From Phaeosaccion multiseriatum (lineage: Eukaryota; Protista; Ochrophyta, other classes), in contig OZ218952.1 of assembly GCA_965112735.1 (NCBI GenBank), forward strand, positions 2,294,001 to 2,358,000: a stretch of DNA of 64,000 nucleotides, given 5' to 3'. This document shows, one piece after another, positions 60,309 through 64,000 of the stretch. Each line of letters opens with the position of its first letter. Position 1 is the first letter of the stretch. The translations under genes and the position numbers were made by a program. A model generated the notes under the pieces. It ran no database searches and had not been told where the DNA came from. It saw only the letters and a list, made by a program, of their open reading frames with translations.

Positions 60309-63151
60309 TCAGGTAGATTCTTTTCTACCTGCTTTGCTATCAGGCCTCCTGTACAGGTCCTTTTGGGCCTCCCTCTCCTTTCTCCTACCTCCAACGTCCG
60401 CCTCCACCCTCTCAATCTCTTCCGAAAAGCCCGGGTCCATCAAGGGCAGCATGGCACTGCGCAGGCTGTTGTACAGAGTGGGCAAAAGTGACTCCTCCTG
60501 AGCCAGCATCTTCTTGACGCGCTCCCTCTCCTTGGGCTCCTCGAAGCAGGCGGGGCAGTTCTCATTAATGACAGGCAGCCTGGCGTCCTTGGCAAAGGCC
60601 TTGAGCTGTTTCTCACGCACGTACACCAGCGGGCGGATGATAGTTACGTCTCCTTCGTCGTTGGTGTACATGGCCTTCATGGTCCGGAGCTTGCCGTTAC
60701 GCATCACGCTCATCATGAAGGACTCACCGAGGTCGTCCAGGTGCTGCAGATGATGAGAAAGTGAGACGTAAAAGTGTATGGTGTGTTGCAAGGGCGGGCG
60801 GAGGGGAGGGAGGAAGAGGGGGGTTGAGGGAAATGCAATGCGTTGATTAAGGAAGACATTTCCCTCAAGTGCCATGTATGTATGCGCTGGCCATCTTGAT
60901 CAAGATCAGTCCATTGTGATGTCATCGATCAATATCAATCCTGACATCGAGATGGAGAAGTCGAGATATGGCCTCGCACACGTCATTCATTGCCTTGATC
61001 TATTGTGCGAGCCCGGCCAACACCAAGCGTGACAGGACAGAGTGGTGCAATTACTCACCTGCGCCAGCACGAGCTTGTTATAGCCCTCCTCGCGGCAGCA
61101 GCGATACAGCAGGCCTCGCTTCATGCGGCTGCAGTAGGCGCAGATGCTGTCCCCCTGTTCGAAGGGAAGACATGCAGGCAAAGAGAGAGAGGGGGGGGAG
61201 GAGAGAGACGGACAGAGAGAGGGAGAGAAAGAGACGAGAGAGAGAGGGAGAGAGAGGGATGGCTGCAGTGTTCAGGCTACCAGGCAAGAGGTAAGATGAG
61301 CACTCGGTACTTACGAGCACCACCCAAGGTCAGGTCACAGTCACAGTCACAGTCACAGTCACACTCACCAATTTATTCACTCACCCACCCACCCACTCAC
61401 CCACTCACGCACTCACCTGCAGACTAATCTTGGCCCTCTCTATAATGGCGTCACTGAGATAATAATACTTGACCCCCAATTGGGCAAGGTATGGGATCAT
61501 GGGCGACGGATCGAAGGAGGGCGTCTGCGGGTCCACTGTGGCACACGCAATTTCAAACCGAAAGGGCACCTTGGCCTGCACTTGCAGCAAGATGTGCAGC
61601 AGAGAGAGCGAGTCCTTGCCGCCCGATAGCCCAAGCAAGAGCCTGTCCCCCGGGGCGATCATACCCCAATCCTTCATGCCTTGGCCCGTGGCTCGCATCA
61701 GCTTCTGCGGAATCTTTGGTCGCAGAGTGGCCTGCTTGCTCGCTTGGTTGGCGCTGTCGATTCCTCGCATCAAGCCCTCTAATTTGATCGGTATGAACGG
61801 AGCTTCTGCCGCGGTGGCTTCTTCCCCCCCCCGTCCTCTCCCAATGCTACTCGGCTCCTGCTCTTGTCCTTGCAGCTGCGGAGGAGTCCTCTTTTCTTGT
61901 AGGGCCTCTTGGCGCCACTGCCCAACCTTTCTCTGAGGGTACTTGCTGTCTTGTGGTGCCGCGCTTCCCCCACTTGAGCCTGAGCCCTGCTCGGTGACCT
62001 TCTCCTTTTTCTCCTGCTCGACCCTCTTCTGCGTGGTGACGGCGGGTGGTGACTGAGCCACCGCCACGGGAGGTCTCGGCATTGCTGATGAGTCGTCGTT
62101 GTCTTCTCCACCTCGCCCGCCGGTTCTTAAGCCTCTTGCTCCTCCTCCTCCTCTGCCTGTTGCTCCTACTATTGCTCCTCCTCCTTCTCCTCCTCCTCCT
62201 CCTTCTTCTTCTTCTCCTCCTCCTCCTCCTCCTCCTCCTCCTCCTCCTCCTCCTCCTCCTCCTCCTCCTCGCCCTCCCTCTACTGCTGTACCTGCTGCTG
62301 TTCCCACAACCGGAGTGGTCTCGCTACTCTTGCTGTCGTCGTCGTCGTCGTGCTCGCTGCTGTCTAGAGCGTCAGCATCATCCGTAGAGCCATCGTCGCT
62401 CTCCGCGCTGCGACCGTAACGCTCGGGGTCGATGGTGCCCAGGGCAACCTCTTTCGACAACTGCTGCTCCTCCTGCTGCTGCCTCTCCTGCTCACCCCTC
62501 CATGCCTCCCCCTCCCAAGGGTACACGAACCAACGCAATGCCTCGTCCTCCTCCCCCATCACCTCCCCCGGATTGGAGGCCTTGACCTCCTTCTTATTCC
62601 CTCCCCCATCCCCTCCCTGCAGGCTGCTCAGCGTCTCTTCCGCCGTCCGCTTCACCCCCTCGAAAAGGGCCTCCTCGCTCTGTCCATCCGCTTCAGCCGG
62701 CGCCAAAGGCAGTCCCTTGGAGAGGAGTGATGGTGATGATGACGATGATGCTGATGATGACGTGCCGCCAGCGCCAACAATAGTGGGAGGAGGAGGACGG
62801 GCAGCGGCGGCGCTTGCCCCGAAATTCCCCAACCACACACGCTCCGGAAACCTCGAGAACCTGGACTGGTGCTTCCACTCCCCTGTCTTATGGTTGGGGC
62901 GATACTGCGAGAGGAAGCAGTGTCCATGCGAGGCCACAAACTCCACGGCGCTCAGAATGAAGTCGACTTCTGCGTCGGAGGCAAAGTAGGCGAGCGAGAA
63001 GCGCGTGAAGCCGGGGCGGAGGAGCTCGCGCTTCCTGAGAAGGGCCGCCTCCAGCGCGCGAGTTTGTGCCTCGTCCATGCCCAGCAGGGCCTGTGCGTAC
63101 GGACCGGCACACATGCAGCCGCCTCGGCTTTGAATGCCAAACAGGTCTGCG

Positions 63152-63213
<62 letters not shown>

Positions 63214-64000
63214 GGGCAGGGAAAGCGCGCGTTGCGGAGGGGGTGACAAGGAGAAAGACAAGGGACGAAGGAGGCGAATACGGGGGGGTGGTGGTGAGGG
63301 AAGTAGCTTGGGCCATTAGCACTTCACAAGCTGGGTGCCTTCCCACTCTCTCTCACAGAGGCTGTCGCTCTTCTTTGACAACACTCACCGTTCAGAAGGG
63401 CACCCACGAAATTGTAGTGGAGGAACTTGTTGGGCCGCGCAACCCCAGCAGCAGCGGCACCATCCCCACCTCCACCAACCCCACCAAGCGAACCATCTTC
63501 GGCGCCTCCTTTGCCGTGCGGGTCATCTCTCCTGATGAGAAAGCTCAGGATGGGCAATCTCGCCGCCGCCAGGTTCCCGAGGAGAGCAATACTGGGGTGG
63601 GAGGATAGCCTCCTCAGCGCCAGTTGGGCCAGCTGCTCCTCTCGCTGCTCGATGGCCTGCACACCCATGCGGGTCTTGAGCTGCATGACGAGGCCGAGGC
63701 GGATGGCGCCCAAGATGTCCGGTGTGCCCCCTTCCTCCCTCTCCTCTCGGTTGCTCAAGTAGCGGTGGTCCTCGGCAGTCACAAAGAAGACCGTGCCACC
63801 CCCGGGCGCGCTGGGGACGGGGTTGGCGAGTAACCGCTTCTTGATCACCATGACGCCAGGGCTGCCCGGCCCACCCACGAACTTGTGCCCCGAGAAAAAG
63901 ATGCCATCCTTGTACACGTAGGGGGCGTCCTCTCCGGGAAGGATGGGGTTCATGTCCATAGGCACATAGGGTGCCGCAGTGGCGTAGTCCCAAAAGGACA
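60309..64000 (-). CDS. Fusion of a class-V PLP cysteine-desulfurase-like domain and a TtcA-type tRNA-cytidine(32) 2-sulfurtransferase; 5' part lies beyond the window
   Basis: Exons >64000-63389, 63146-61417, 61154-61059, 60743-60309, all phase-compatible. Desulfurase motifs: WDYATAAPY, FSGHKFVGGPGSPG, EEGGTPDILG, LLN|DLFGIQSRGGCMCAGPY. TtcA motifs: GLSGGKDSLSL, SICAYCSRMKRGLLY, LAQ|HLDD, IIRPL, ENCPAC. One exon spans both domains. Confidence 0.92.

Noticed and set aside
60309-61700. Calling the PP-loop domain CTU1/Ncs6, TilS or bacterial contamination
   Set aside because: It lacks the flanking zinc fingers of Ncs6/TtuA, has TtcA-type CxxCSRxKRG and CPAC motifs, and contains spliceosomal introns with host-type microsatellites.
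15747-64000. Apparent cluster of RNA-metabolism genes (THOC1, PPR, dsRBD, RPS10, RPP38-like, TtcA fusion)
   Set aside because: They act in different compartments and pathways and are interspersed with unrelated genes. There is no evidence of a functional cluster without synteny data.

Overview
A gene-dense eukaryotic nuclear region with GT-AG introns full of microsatellites. A bipartite SSA-F plastid presequence and a ciliary gene point to a photosynthetic stramenopile (ochrophyte, eustigmatophyte-like) with a flagellate stage; this is inference. About 18 protein genes can be reconstructed by hand, mostly as head-to-head pairs: CEP41-like, a membrane-anchored tyrosinase, a Tat-type thylakoid lumen protein, a coiled-coil protein, THOC1, centromeric histone CENH3, cysteine/cysteamine dioxygenase (PCO/ADO), an ankyrin protein, a PPR protein, a five-dsRBD + SAP protein, an EF-hand two-pore K+ channel, an ABHD14-like hydrolase, RPS10, an RPP38/POP3-like L7Ae protein, a cysteine desulfurase-TtcA fusion (cut by the window end) and several hypotheticals. 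Mobile DNA comprises two MITE-like families and a decayed non-LTR retrotransposon endonuclease fragment. The best candidates for new biology are: (1) a spliced eukaryotic gene fusing a PLP cysteine-desulfurase domain to a bacterial-type TtcA tRNA s2C32 thiolase; (2) a Pasha/DGCR8-like dsRBD protein expanded to five dsRBDs plus a SAP domain; (3) a multi-stem cUUCGg RNA in RPS10 intron 1. Exon models were spliced by eye and family calls come from motif recognition, not database searches.
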